Assembly: GCA_010356995.1 (NCBI GenBank)
Contig: ML996688.1
Coordinates: forward strand, 1,648,579 to 1,712,578
DNA: 64,000 nt
Source of the DNA: Trichodelitschia bisporula
Taxonomy: Eukaryota
Reading direction: 5' to 3'
Part shown: in pieces, positions 1-12,290 of the stretch
Position numbering within the stretch: position 1 is the stretch's first letter
Layout: the number at the start of each line of letters is the position of its first letter
The notes under the pieces: generated by a model
What the model was told of the DNA's origin: nothing
Seen by the model: only the letters and a program-made list of their open reading frames with translations
Databases searched by the model: none
Made by a program: the position numbers and the translations under genes

Positions 1-1990
1 TGCGATAGCTCCCCTTCGACCAAGTTGCCTCCTCCGTCAAAGCGCAAGCGTCCGGCCTCCCCTCCGCATGAAGAGGTTCTCGCAGACAAAGATGATATTG
101 CGGTATGTTGTTGGCGCGTAAATCGCGTCGAGAAGTGCGCGAAATGCGCGTACACGGCGGGCTGCTCGGGTACCTTTGAGATCAGGTTGCTAACGCCTCC
201 GTCGCATTCATAGTTCATCGTCATGTTCCGGTCGCGCTTCAGCGAAGTGTTTTCCACCAAGTTGATTCAGTTCGGGCCGCAGGATATCGAGCGCGGCGTC
301 GCTGGTCAGCTGCCATCGCCTCAAGTTGAGGCACTGCTCTGCGCCCTTCTGGGCTTGGTCCTCAATCGCAAGAAGCCTGTTGAGTGAGTCCGGCATACCC
401 TTCGCGTAAACATAGACGGAGTATAGGTTGGGGGCTCGAAGCTCCTGCTCTGTCTTCCTGGAACATGTTCTGACCACAACTGCAACATAGGCGCGGACAC
501 TATGGGCGTGCCCTCGAAGAAGCCATATCGGTCAACAAGTCTCAGTGGCCTCGGGCGTGGGGTAGTGCCAACCCTATCAACAGCAACAGGTCCTTCAATA
601 CGATGTCAGCTATGGAGCGCGTACGTATCTCTGCATTCTTCGACAGTACCTGACTAACAACACTAGCTCACTCTCCTGAAGGCGCTGATCATGTGGTCGT
701 TGCACAGTTCCGATGCTGTCTCCGGCTTGATTAGAAAGTCCTACAAGCAGTCGCGCCACGATGATGACCTGAATCAACCTCTCTCTGTGCAGCCGTGGGG
801 GCGTGACGGTGACAAGCGGAGATACTGGCTGATTGAAGGGCGTGATGACACTCCTTTCCGCCTCTATCGCGAAAGTAACCCGGTGCTGAAGAACGTCACC
901 TGGCGGAGCGTTGCAGGCACGATTGACGAGCTGCGCGCCGTCGTTGAAAAGCTAAACGCAGATGGTACCCAGGCTGCGCGCCGACTTGCTGATCGCATCA
1001 CCAACGCCATTCCCCGGTTCGAGGCTACTGAGGAGGTATGTACTTTTGCTTACCATACAATGCAGTGGGGTTCTAACTGCGATACAGAAGCGTAAGCGAC
1101 GCGAGTACCGCCAGGCTAGAAAGGCCCAGTTCACGCGACCGGAGCCTGGATTCTCTCTCTATGAGGGCCGTACCCGTGGCAAGCGGATGAAGTACACTTT
1201 CTCAGATGAGGATGAGGAGGATGACTTAGAGGAGGATGACGTCGTCGAAAACAAGGGAACGCGCCGGTCCGCCCGGAATTCTGGCAAGAATTCCGGGACT
1301 GGCACTTCAGCTGAGCCCACTGGTCCAACCTACACCTCCAGTGGCCGGCGCACCGGATTACGCGGCGGAAGCAAAGACGTCAGCGGCCCGTCGAGCACTG
1401 CTGGAATTTCTCCAGCTGCGGAAGACCCCAACCATACGGATGCTTCAAATGCTCCAGCACCCCGCAACGGCCGATCGACGCGGACTTCCGGCCGGGTCGG
1501 CAAGACTGAGTGGGCGAAAGGGCGGAAGCACATTGAATCGTACAACTCGGTCGACGAGATGGACGACGAAGAAGATGCAACTTCATCCGGTGGCGACTGG
1601 GATGGTGGGGATGAGGATGAACCGGAGGAGGTCGTTTCCGACGAAGACGAAGACAGCTCCATGGGAGACTCGGATTTTGACACTGAGCCTAAGAGTCTCA
1701 TTGTCAAGCTCCCCGTTGGCAATGGTGGACTCAAGGCTAATACGGATGTGAGCAAGCAGAATGACACGATCGCCGTCGCTGCACCCAAGCTGTCCATCAC
1801 CAACGGGACCTCGGTTCAAGCGCCTGCTGATCCAGCCGTCAAGACCCGCAACGGCGACTTTATTGTCCTCAAGTCGCCTGTGGAGCCAGCGTCCGTCAAG
1901 CCGGAACACGCTCTTGTCTTGAGCCCTGCGTCACAGCACAAACCCGTCGTGGCTGCCTTCGCTCCGTTGGCTGCTCAGGGTTCGCAGTGA
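1..1990 (+). CDS. WHIM1/WSD-domain chromatin-remodelling accessory protein (Ioc3/DDT-WHIM-like), 5' end outside window
   Basis: Spliced exons (introns ~103-213, ~384-490, ~621-666, ~1036-1088) give ...FNTMSAMER/LTLLKALIMWSL (WHIM1-like) and QPWGRDGDKRRYWLIEG (WSD-like), then SLYEGRTRGKRMKYTFS and an acidic low-complexity tail; stop at 1990. Confidence 0.65.
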
Positions 1991-2391
1991 TGTGTTCATG
2001 GACCATTCTAACGGTAACTGCAGCCCTTCTGATGATTGATATCATCTATCGACAGATTGGTTGTGGTTAGGGATTGGATTGGTGGGTTCGGCTGGGATAG
2101 GATAGGATCGTACGGGTTAGCTGGTTGTTCTCATGAGGCTTCATACGGCCTTGGGGGTCGGCGTGCCCCTTTCAGCAATTACATGTATCAATAGCTTCAG
2201 ACTCTAGAATGGGGGTTGTAGACGGTTTATTTTCTGTAGCGAGAATGGACGATTCCCCAAGCTTCAATCCACCTTGTGGTTTACCAACATGAGCTGATCC
2301 TTGCTCTCTGGTACAGCTCAATCGTGTCACTTCAACCGACTCTGAGCGTAGCGGTATTCATTATGTACATTTGTTCTCATTACCGCACGGC

Positions 2392-3611
2392 CTATACAAA
2401 CTGCCCCGGAATCCTCAAATCCCCCGTACTCTGGAATCTTGCCCCACGAGGTCTCCTCCTCACCCCCTCTCTCCCCACACCTTCCGCCCTTCCCCTCCCC
2501 TCAGCCTCCCTCATCTTCCTCCCCTCCGCCACCATCCTAGCCTGCAAATCCGCATCACTCGCAACCTNNNNNNNNNNNNNNNNNNNNNNNNNTCCCCCTC
2601 CTCCCCATCCTCCACCGCCTCCTCCTCATACTCAAATTCATCCCCCACGCCCGCACTCCCCCCCACACTCCCTGCCTCCTCCTCCCGGTCCCGCGTATTC
2701 TTCTTCCGCGGCCACAAACTCGGGAGCACAATCTGCTGCACCCGCGGCTCGACACATCGTTCATCAAACCACGCGTGCAAACGCGCTTCGACCAGTTGTG
2801 CTATTTTGGGCACGTCCTGCAAGCGGCTGCGACTACCCATCAGCGAGCGCACGGATAGGTCCAGGCGGTAGTCCGGCAGGAAGGAGAAGGCGAGGGTAGT
2901 AGGTGCGGGCGCGGGGCCGTTGTTAGACGTAGGTGTGGGGGAGGGAATGAAAGACAGAGACAGCGTGCCGCTGAAGCGCACGACCGAGACCGCGAGCGCG
3001 ACGGGGAGAACCGCAGAGAGGGGTTTCGGGTAATTGAGCACGAGCTTCGTTTCTATACCCAGTGTGATCACGTCCGCGAGGTCGACGTCCAGGCGCGCCT
3101 GGAGCCGGGTGCCCTCGCTTACGCCCTCTGCCTGTCGACCTCCTTCATCGACGGGGATGATGCGGCAGTTACTGAAGATCGGAAACTCCTCGCCGAGATT
3201 GATCTCCGTCACGCTGATCTCGCCGATGAAATCCGGGCGCTGGGTCCCGTTCAGAACGCCAGTGAGCATCTTGAGTATCGCGCCGTCATGCTGGGCGTCC
3301 GCGCGGAGCTGTGCGATTGTCTGGGCTACGAGGACGTTGAACCAGTCTAGGCTCTCTGGGGTGTGTCCGCTGACGTTGTAGTATGTTTTTGCGAGGATGG
3401 TTGCCGGGGAGAGGGCGGGTTGGGGGCGAAGGATGGAGGAGGCTTTGTGCCTCAGGGCGGAGGTGGAGGGTCTGAGGTAGGACTGGGAGGAGCGTCGGGC
3501 TGCTGTGTGCGAGGGGGGAGGGGGGTCGCCGAAGATGAAGAATTTTATAAAGGCGAAGATTAGGATTGCGAGGGTGAGTTGGCCGAGGAAGAAGGCGGCG
3601 AGGGCGTTCAT
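2392..3611 (-). CDS. MMM1: ERMES complex subunit Mmm1 (SMP lipid-transfer domain); contains assembly gap
   Basis: [27 protein letters not shown] segment, [57 protein letters not shown]; after the N-gap the C-terminus ...DLRIPGQFV* lies in another frame ending at 2392. Confidence 0.93.
2568..2592. other. Assembly gap (25 N)
   Basis: Run of N inside a purine-rich part of MMM1. Confidence 0.99.
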
Positions 3612-4063
3612 GGTGACGACGGCGGGGGAAGAATTTGAGGTGTAGGGTTGGCTTCTATGGTGGTGAGAAATGGGATGATGACTGCTGCTGTTCAATTCCT
3701 TTTCCAAACGCCATTGGGAGGCTGAGGTTGGTGGCTCACGAGATAGCTCGCATATTTTGGCGGTTGGAGGTTGGTGATGTCAAAGTTTGGAGGTGCGACG
3801 TCACATGCGGACAGCTGAGCAAAGCTTGACGTTGCGGCTCATCAGCCCTATGGAGATTTCCCCGCAACCTCAGCTCCTCCGCCTTTCCTTCCACTGGCTC
3901 GGATATCGTTGCTTTGTATCATAACTGCATCTTCACTTTGAATTTTGGTGCAAAGAAGCTCATGGAGAAGGAATTCGGATCTACATCCATATCATCCCAA
4001 TTCTGGTCCCTAACGGCTTGCTTGTCTTCATTCTCATAGAAGCGCACAGTAACCACTGATCAA

Positions 4064-5293
4064 ATGGAGGAGCTATCAGCCTCCAGGCTCTCACCAAGTT
4101 CAGCATCGTGTCATCCAGCTCTTAGACTCCCGGCCACATGTAACCCGCCCAGCGAGCAGAATCCTCCGGAACAGGCCGTATGGATTGTATGATGTCCCAA
4201 CCCCTCAAACAATTGACCATAATTGATACCAGTTCAGATCTTTGGAGCCACTGGCCAGTTGGGCCGGTCACTTGTCCGAGCAGCCATTTCCCATGGCGAT
4301 AAAGTCACCTCCGTGGGCTGGACTCAAGAAGACAGCATGGAAGATGTGCGAGGCTGGCAGGAGACCAATTCAATCAGCATGTTATGCGACGTGAGAGTAC
4401 GAGAAACGGTCGATGCCGTAATCAAGAAATCGATTGAGCATTGGGGACGAATCGACGTCATTGCAAAGTAAGCTGATCTTTCTTCCCTCGTCACAAATGC
4501 TGAGACATCATATAGCTGTACCGGCTACGGCAAGTCCTCGAAGCCTTATCGGCCCAATTTGAAACTAACTTAGATCCAGGTGTCATGGGATCCTGTGAAG
4601 ATCAGGATGAGCACGAAATCCGCAACCAATTTGACACCAACTTCATGGGAACGCTGAACATCCTCCAACTCTCCCTCCCGCATTTCCGCGCTCAGGAATA
4701 CGGCCGGTATCTCATCTTCAGCAGCACCTCCGGTGCGCTCGGCGTCCCGGGTCTGGGGCCCTTCTGTGCCACCAAATACGCCGTAGAAGGACTCATCGAA
4801 AGCCTCTTGTACGAAATTGATACCTACAATGTCAAGGCCACTCTAGTCGAACCGAGCCACATGCGTCCTGACGAGCATGATACAATGGCTTTGGGCCTGA
4901 AGAAGTACGCCGCTTTCAAAGTGAAGGCGGCAAGCGAGCCGTATGCCGTGCCGAATGCGCCCGCGGGCCATGCGAAGCGGATGGTACAATGGCTGAATGA
5001 CAGGCAGCCGACTAGTACGGTCAAGAGCGCGGAGCTGATTTGGCAGTTGGCGCATTGCTCGTATCCGCCGCTACGGCTGCTTTTGGGAACCTATGCAGTT
5101 GAGAGCATCCGGGACAGGTTGAGATATATCATCGAAGAGGTACGTCATAGCCTCTGCGGTAGAGCCATTTCTGACTTATACGGTGCAGATCGAAGACTGG
5201 AAGCACCTCAACTTCCCCGTAACCGCAGCGGAAGACGCGGCTCAGAAAGAGGCTGCCCAGGATTCACCAGCAGAGCAATCCGACAAGGAATGA
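4064..5293 (+). CDS. Short-chain dehydrogenase/reductase
   Basis: VWI/IFGATGQLGRSL Rossmann motif, GRIDVIAN/CTGY/GVMG, catalytic-region FCATKYAVEG, PPLRLLLG; introns ~4187-4238, 4468-4515, 4530-4579 (GC-AG), ~5140-5188; last exon IEDWKHLNFP...DKE*. Confidence 0.85.
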
Positions 5294-5375
5294 GACCAGT
5301 GAATCCGTCTATCATTATCGGCACCTTACACGCCCTTTCTACCATCGGTCCCGAATACCCGCTCGAACGCTATCG

Positions 5376-6381
5376 CTATGATCCCCTTGAATACTCAACA
5401 CCAAGTCTAATCCCCGCTATCCACTCCTTCCCCATCCGTACCCTCGGCCGCACAGCCCATACATACAAGCTAAATCCAAAATACAACACATACGTCGTCA
5501 GCATCACAAACCCAAACACAACCTTCGCCCACATCAACCCCTCACTAACCCCCGCGATCGTCCCCCCCTCAGGCACCAACCTCCTCTGCACACAAGCTAC
5601 GTTCATCAACATCTCCCCAACACGCCCATTCACAAGAACACTTACAATCGAACCCCCATCCCCCGCTTGTTCCCAAATCACACCCAACCCACCACCCCAC
5701 ATACGCCCCCCACCCCAGCGCCATCCACCCCGCCCCAACCCCCGCCCACGCCACACTCGCCTTCCCGCTAACCCACATCAACACCCCCAGCCCCGCGCTC
5801 AGGATACTCAGCAACGGCATCACAGCGCCGTATGCAACTACCCGCCCAAGACCGCTAGGCCGGTCGCTTGGCTCGGCGAGCGGGGTGAGCGGGGCGGAGG
5901 GCGCGCTGGCTAGGGAGATTAGGCGCGGGGTGAGGGTGTTGGGGATGCTGGTGCTGGGTGGGGAGGCTTGCGAGCGAAGTGCGCGGGCGATCTGCGCGGC
6001 GTGGAGGAGGGCGAGGATCAGGGTTAGGGAGGCGAGGAGCAGGAGCGTGGTGTCGAAGGCAAGGATCCAGGTTGGGCCTTTAAGTTTGCGCGGCTTCGTC
6101 TCGGAGGGGTAGTGGTACGGCGGTGGGGGGTCGGTATCCGTGCCTAGGAGCGGGGAGGGCGAGGCGGAGAGCAGCGGCGATGGGGAGGCGGAGATACGTG
6201 GTGAGGGGTCGGGGGAGTGGAAGTACTGCGGCGCGGGATTGAGGGGTTTGGATGGGGGAATACAGCGATCGAGGAACGGGTGGGCCTGGTGGGCTCGCGG
6301 ACTCAATGAGGAGACAGGAGAATGCTCGCTCGCGACGTCCTGTGCGATGTTTGGGCCGGGTCCGGGGAGGGGGAGAGCCAT
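5376..6381 (-). CDS. Hypothetical multi-pass membrane protein
   Basis: Pro/Ser-rich N-terminus then several hydrophobic segments (WILAFDTTLLLLASLTLILALL; VMPLLSILSAGLGVLMW; LMWAKVVFGFVML); GTAAGT...TAG intron at ~5599-5646; ends uncertain. Confidence 0.5.
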
Positions 6382-7497
6382 GTCCTGCTCGCGGTGCGGG
6401 CGGTGATGCACACTGTGCACCTTTTGCAGGAGGGAGAGGAGGAGGGGTAGGACGCGTATGGTGATGGTGATAGGGGAGGGGATCGTGGCCGGCGGAGGCG
6501 GGTTAGGAGGGACGATTTTAGGGACCGGTAGGAGGAGAGGTGCATTGTGATATACGGTAGCACTACTGCGGCCGGAGGGTGGGGTTGGGCGGGCTCGGTA
6601 GGCGTTTTTGGGGCGGCGCAGTAGGGAATATATGGCGCGGCGTCGGGCTGCCTGTGTGAGGCGTGGGTTGGGGTGGTGGGGTGTTGGTGAGGGGTGCGGG
6701 AGAGGCGAGGTGAGGTGATGAGGGTTGGGATAGGCTGTGTTACTGCATTTTTTCGTCTGCGTGCGCGATCCGATTATTCAAATGCTGTGATACCGGTTCG
6801 TGGAGGGCGGGTGGGATGGATGTAAGGCATGGTGTTGTGATTGGTTGGCGAGGCTGAGCCTTGTTGGTTGAGATGCGTAGCCGCGAAGGATGGGCGCCAC
6901 CAACAGTAGATCCAACCGCGATACGCAGCGGGGCATGAAGATTTGCGATAACCAACTACCGTGTAGGAGTTGGGTTTGATGCTTGAGGAAGCTTAAGATG
7001 CGGGGCTTTGCGCATCACATGGTCCTCGGAATAACGGGCCGAAGAACCAAATGATACCAAGACCGGTGAACAGTTTCTAATGCATGACAATTCGTAAACA
7101 TGTCAGATGATGTCTCTGTTTATATCTCCCTAGGAGAGCTTCCCAAATCACGATCATGCTTTGTTTACTCATAATTCATACCCCGAGAACCGGGAGGTGG
7201 TCAACTAAATGGCCGTGATAAGGCTTAGCGTTCGAGTCCACGCTACAGGACGGCTGTGCATGAATTCCTAGTACCAACATATTAGTGCTTGCCTGAGGAG
7301 CGGGTGATATCGACTTGCGGACGATCTTCCGACATCCGCAGAAGGAAGGCTGCAAGCAGTCATAAGCCTCCAGCAGCACATGGATTCTCGCATCCAGCAA
7401 GGGCAGATATAGACCTGCGGAAGGATGACCGCTCGCCCATCGAGCATAGCCTCTCAACAGCGGATGAACTCTGACAACCGTAGTGGCCGACTATCCC

Positions 7498-8709
7498 TCA
7501 GAGCTCAATCTCCTCGCACTCCATCCCACACTCAACACACCGCTTCGTCGACACCCCAGTCTCCGGATTCATAACCTCCCCTCCCCACTCATGCTCATGC
7601 CGCTCATTCCGCCCAAGTATCGTATCCCCAAAATTGGTAGCCGCATTCCCCTCCCCAAGTCGCTGCCTCCGGTAAGCCTCAACCCTCGTCCGCTTCTTCA
7701 AGTCGTCGAGCTTAGCCTTGAACTTCTTCTCCTTCCGCACCTTCTTATCCGCTTCCCTCCGCTCGAATTCAGCATCAAGTGCTTCAGGCGAGCCCCATTT
7801 CTTCGCGGAGAAGGCGTACTCCTCGACCTGAAAGCGCAGGTACAGTTGCATATTGTTCCACGTCGACTTATGCGGATTCGGCTTCTCCAACCGCGGCAAA
7901 AGATCCTTATCCTTGAGTTCCGCTGCTTCAATTAGCCAACCCCCCTAAAATCACCCCCAGGAGGAACTCACGATCCGTAAGTAAATAATCATCCCTCGCC
8001 TCCGTCTTCGTCAACAAACTATACTTATCCGGATACTTATCCTTACACCTCCAACAAACATTCACCCCAAACGCCTCCTCCCACTGAAAATCAATCTCCA
8101 CACTCCCGCAATCCCTACACTCCCGTCCCTTCGGATCAACCACACTAATCCCCGGCTCAAACGGGCCCGTCCGCGCCTTCCGCAGCTTCTGAAGTAGCGT
8201 ATGCCGCTCCCATTCCTTAACACTCATATGCGCCGGCTTCCCCGCCAACGGGTCTACCACCGCCCCGGCACCCCCGGGATTCAAAGCGCGATTCGTCGGA
8301 TCGTCCGCGACGGATAAAAACCCGCCCCGCGTGTCGCTCATCTTGCTAAAGTCATACTCGACATATCTTCCCATCTTGGCGGGGCGAATCGCGGCGTCCG
8401 CCGGGGCGGCAGCCGGCTTCGCGGGCGAAGCTGCATTACGCAGCGAGGAAGGTACATTCGATGACCCGGCGATTTGTGAGTGTGGGCGTTTAGGCGCAGT
8501 GGGTGCGGTGGTGGTGGTTGCGGTTGCGGCGGCGGCGTCGGCGCGCGCCTGCAGTGCTTTGGCTTTGAGGCGCGCTTCTTCCTGTGCGGCGTTAGATGCG
8601 CTTGTTGGGCGTTGGGAGGACGTACTCTGCGCCGGACTTGTTCCGGCGTGAGGGGGTTTGGGGGGAGGGAGCCGGTGTGGCGTGGGGGGGTAGAGGGGCG
8701 ATCTGCCAT
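7498..8709 (-). CDS. RAD14: Nucleotide excision repair protein Rad14/XPA
   Basis: YVEYDFSKMSDTRGGF, zinc finger CRDC...CWRC, KYSLLTKTEARDDYLLTD, KPNPHKSTWNNMQLYLRFQVE, C-terminal HEHEWG...CVECG; two introns. Confidence 0.95.
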
Positions 8710-9267
8710 GATTGAGTGCGTGGGGTGGCGATGCTGGTTTATGGTGCGGGTTCGATGTTGGTGAGACTCGAGGCCGGGTTCGAGGCCGGCGGAGGTGAGT
8801 TCTTTGTTCGTGAATAGATGTTCCTGGGGTACGGATCTGGGTGGGAGTCGCGATGCGGAATGCAGTCGTGAGGGGTGCCCAAGCCCTGGCGCGTGGTCCC
8901 GTGCTGGGAGGCGAATGGGTTTGAAGCCAATTAGGCAACGAGATTAGGAGAGTTGCAGGCGCAATGACGAGGAGGCTCAGCAACGAAAGGATTCCCAACT
9001 GCACCACCAGCTAGGATACTCTAACTAAATGGCCAACAGCCAACCGCCAACATTAACCGTTCCTAGTCTCCCACCCCAATGCGAAGAGACCATCAAGTAC
9101 TCGTACATGAACGCATACTCTGTACAAGCAAGCCCATCTTCACATGCAACGGCTTCGGTGGAATTCCATTCCTATGCTCAACCAGTTACGACTCTATTCC
9201 CGGAGATAAACCCGACCCCCAACAAGAGACTGCCAGACTCCGTTCCCAGCCCAAACCCGATCGTGCA

Positions 9268-10019
9268 TTACTCCTCCTTCGCACCGCCACGGCTCGACTT
9301 CTCCGCCTGCTCAATGCTCTTCTTGTCCGTCTTGACCTCGCCACCCTGCATGGCGCCCATGAGGCCGGCGTTAGCCTTGAAGGGCCGCTTAAGCTCTCCG
9401 ACAGCAGGCTTCCCGAACATGTGGATCTTGATCAAGTTGCCCTCGAGAGCGCCCTTGAGCGGGATGATCGACTGGATGAGCAGCGGGTTGGTGTACTTAA
9501 AGTAGATGTGCATCACCGCCATCATGCCAATGCCCATGAGCTGGCTGCGGAACAGCGCACGAAGCTGCTGCTGGTCGTAGGCGTGGATGGTCGTCACGAC
9601 GGGCTTGGGCTCCTCGGCGGAGCCCATAGGGGCAGGCTCGACATACTTCAGAACCGTCAGGTCTAGGGGATGTTAGCCAGTCGCACCACGTGGAAAATTC
9701 TGCGCCCATACCCTTCTTCTTGTCGATCTGCAGCTTGACGTAGAAGTAGATCCCGACGATGATCACGTTCGACAGAATGTATAGCGCCCGAACACCGTTC
9801 AGGACGTCAGGGTTGTCGAACGGCACCTTCTTGGACGCCTGCATCATGAACCTTGACACAATTAGACATGGTCGATGCACGTCCTCGCTAGCGGTTGTAC
9901 GTACAGTATGATGGCGATGTTCGTCCTGTTCCAAACTCGTTAGCATCCATCAGAAACATCCGCAGTCTCACAGGCGGCGAGGGGCGGGCGACATACACCT
10001 GGGGGCTAAGGCCGACCAT
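9268..10019 (-). CDS. PHO88: Pho88/Snd3 ER membrane protein (SRP-independent targeting)
   Basis: MVGLSPQ, MMQASKKVPFDNPDVLNGVRALYILSN, LKYVEPAPMGSAEEPKPVVTTIHAYD, KYTNPLLIQSIIPLK, GELKRPFK; three introns. Confidence 0.93.
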
Positions 10020-10774
10020 CTTGAATGTTCGTCGCGAGAGAAACTGGCTTAAACGTAAAAAGTATTCACGAGAAGTGATGCAAGATCTTCACACGCAGTG
10101 GCGGTCGGGGAGAACGGAGAGTATGGATGAAGTTGAGAACTCTGGCTTGCGAACGAACTGCGTGCGCCAAAGAACAGATGGCGGTTCCCGGCCAGGTCCA
10201 GGGTCCGTCGGCTTGGAACATTCCAATTCCCCGGCTTTGCCCAAGCCCATGCAATTTGGGAGGGCGCAACGTCACCTCAACTCCTTCCGCGTCTGTACAT
10301 CTGCGCAAATGCAAAATCATCGTCGACTGCCATTTTGAGGTATGCAAATATCTTTCCTTTCGGCCCATACAGCCGATATACTTCTAGCGCATCGACGGAA
10401 ACATCTAAGCATGCATGAACTGTTGCCACGAGCTCGTGTTTCAGTTTGTCCAGCTGATCGAGCATTGAAACACTTCAATAGCCACTTTGCGAAATATGAA
10501 GCCACAGAGTCAGTCCCCGCATATGCGTGCGATGCTTCAGCGGGGTGAATCGTCAGATCTGGAGTTCAGTAGCATTAGCTCTCGTATCACCAAAGGCTGC
10601 GGACACATGTCGTAAAGCAAGCTGGACGAACCCACTAGGTCATACTGCTCTAAGATTCTCTTGAAGTCTATCCCTCTAATATATTCTGGTTGTGAAGATG
10701 CAGACGATGAGAAATGTACAGGTCGACCGTCTAGAGACAAACGTAGAGAACGTATCAACCACCAGTCGGATGAC

Positions 10775-12290
10775 TCAATCTTCCGCTGGCTTCTCCACAA
10801 CCCAATGCGCACACTGGTACACATTCTGCAGCATGCTGGTCGTGTCCCTCACATACCCCGCTTGCTTCATGTCCTCGTTGTTGCGGATGAGCGTGAACCC
10901 GATCTGCTCAAGCAACGCCAAAATTTCCTGGTTGCTCAGCTCAATTTTCATGTCCCATTGCTTCCCCGGCGCCACCGCCTGCTGTCCATTCACTTGCCTT
11001 GCTCGTGCATTCTCATCGTCGTCCACATCACCCTCCCGTCTGCCCCCTGGGCCATTCTCGTAACAGTTCCACAGCAAGGGGCCAACATTGATCCACTGGC
11101 CTCCGGGCTTGAGAATGTGCCATGCGGTTCGCATATAATCTAGAACATTTGTGGCCGTGTCCAGGAAGAAGACGGTGGCAAGGATATCGAATGCGGATGA
11201 GTGCTCCGGCCCCTGGAAATCCTTGGTGAAATCACGGCCATTGATTTGCAGGTTTGCCATCTTGATACCCAGCGTGCCAGATGAGAAATCAAATGAAGGA
11301 ACCTCGTGTAGAACATCTACTGGGCAAAGGTCAGGGATCGAGTAGTGTCGGAACTGGTCATCCGTCTTGACGTGGTTCGAGAACTGAGTGACCCATGGGT
11401 ACACTTCGATCTGGTTGCCATTCCTTGAAAGGTGGATTTGGCTATCGCTTTTCGCGAGGTTCCTGATGTGGTGCTTTGCATACTCTCGCGTGTAGCTCAG
11501 GATGAAGTTCGTTGCCAGAAGTTGATGATAGGACACTTCGTTAGCCTCAACATCATGTCCGGCGGCGGCAAGGTTAAAGGGGAGCCGACAAAGTCCGGCA
11601 CCGGGAACCTCAAAAGACGCGTAAGCAGAGTGCGCCAATTAAGTGACATAGTCGCTTGACGTGCACATACAAGGATACGTTTTGCGCCTTCCGTTGGAGT
11701 GCGCTGTGAATAATTCTGAACGTCCTCCATGACTGCCTGGTGGCAAGGATACCGTTCGGACTCGCTTTCCTTCGACCAATCCCGCCTACAAGCAAGTCAT
11801 CAGCAGTCTCTTAAGCAAATTTCTGAGCTTGCGGACCATATTTGTCTGATGGTTGAGCGAACAATGGCATGATCTTCTTCCGTTGCTAAATGGCCTTGAG
11901 ATGCCGGGTCGAACGTCGTGTCTAGACATAGTTCAGAACTTGGGACAACCTGTTGACGAGGTAGACAAACCGACCCCCCATTGCAGCCAACTCCTGCCTT
12001 GCTCATGAATGAGCCATGCAATCTTACCGTTTACTTGGAGCAAATTTTCACAAGCATTGAGCCTTTGGTTCATCATCTCTCTCAGCCGATCCTCCTCCGG
12101 TCTGGTGAGGGTGCTCGCTAGCTGCCGTCTCGGCAGCAAGATGTCATTTTCGGCAGCTTCATTGTAACGACTGAACTTCCTGTTAACACTATGGGTTCCT
12201 TGACAAGGGCCAGCAACTCAAAGGACGGGCTCACCGAAATGCGTCGAAGGCTTTGTACAGGCGGTCGGTGTCGACGCCATCGGGAAACAT
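10775..12290 (-). CDS. N2227-like SAM-dependent methyltransferase (carnosine N-methyltransferase family)
   Basis: Spliced model MFPDGVD... includes IRQIW/RDWSKESESER, RIL/VPGAGLCRL, ANEVSYHQLLATNFIL, TVFFLDTATNVLDY, LKPGGQWINVGPLLW. Confidence 0.85.

Noticed and set aside
4585..5913. 442-aa ORF suggesting an SDR with a long Pro-rich extension
   Set aside because: Reads through an intron at ~5140-5188; the spliced gene stops at 5293 and the extension is the antisense of the neighbouring gene
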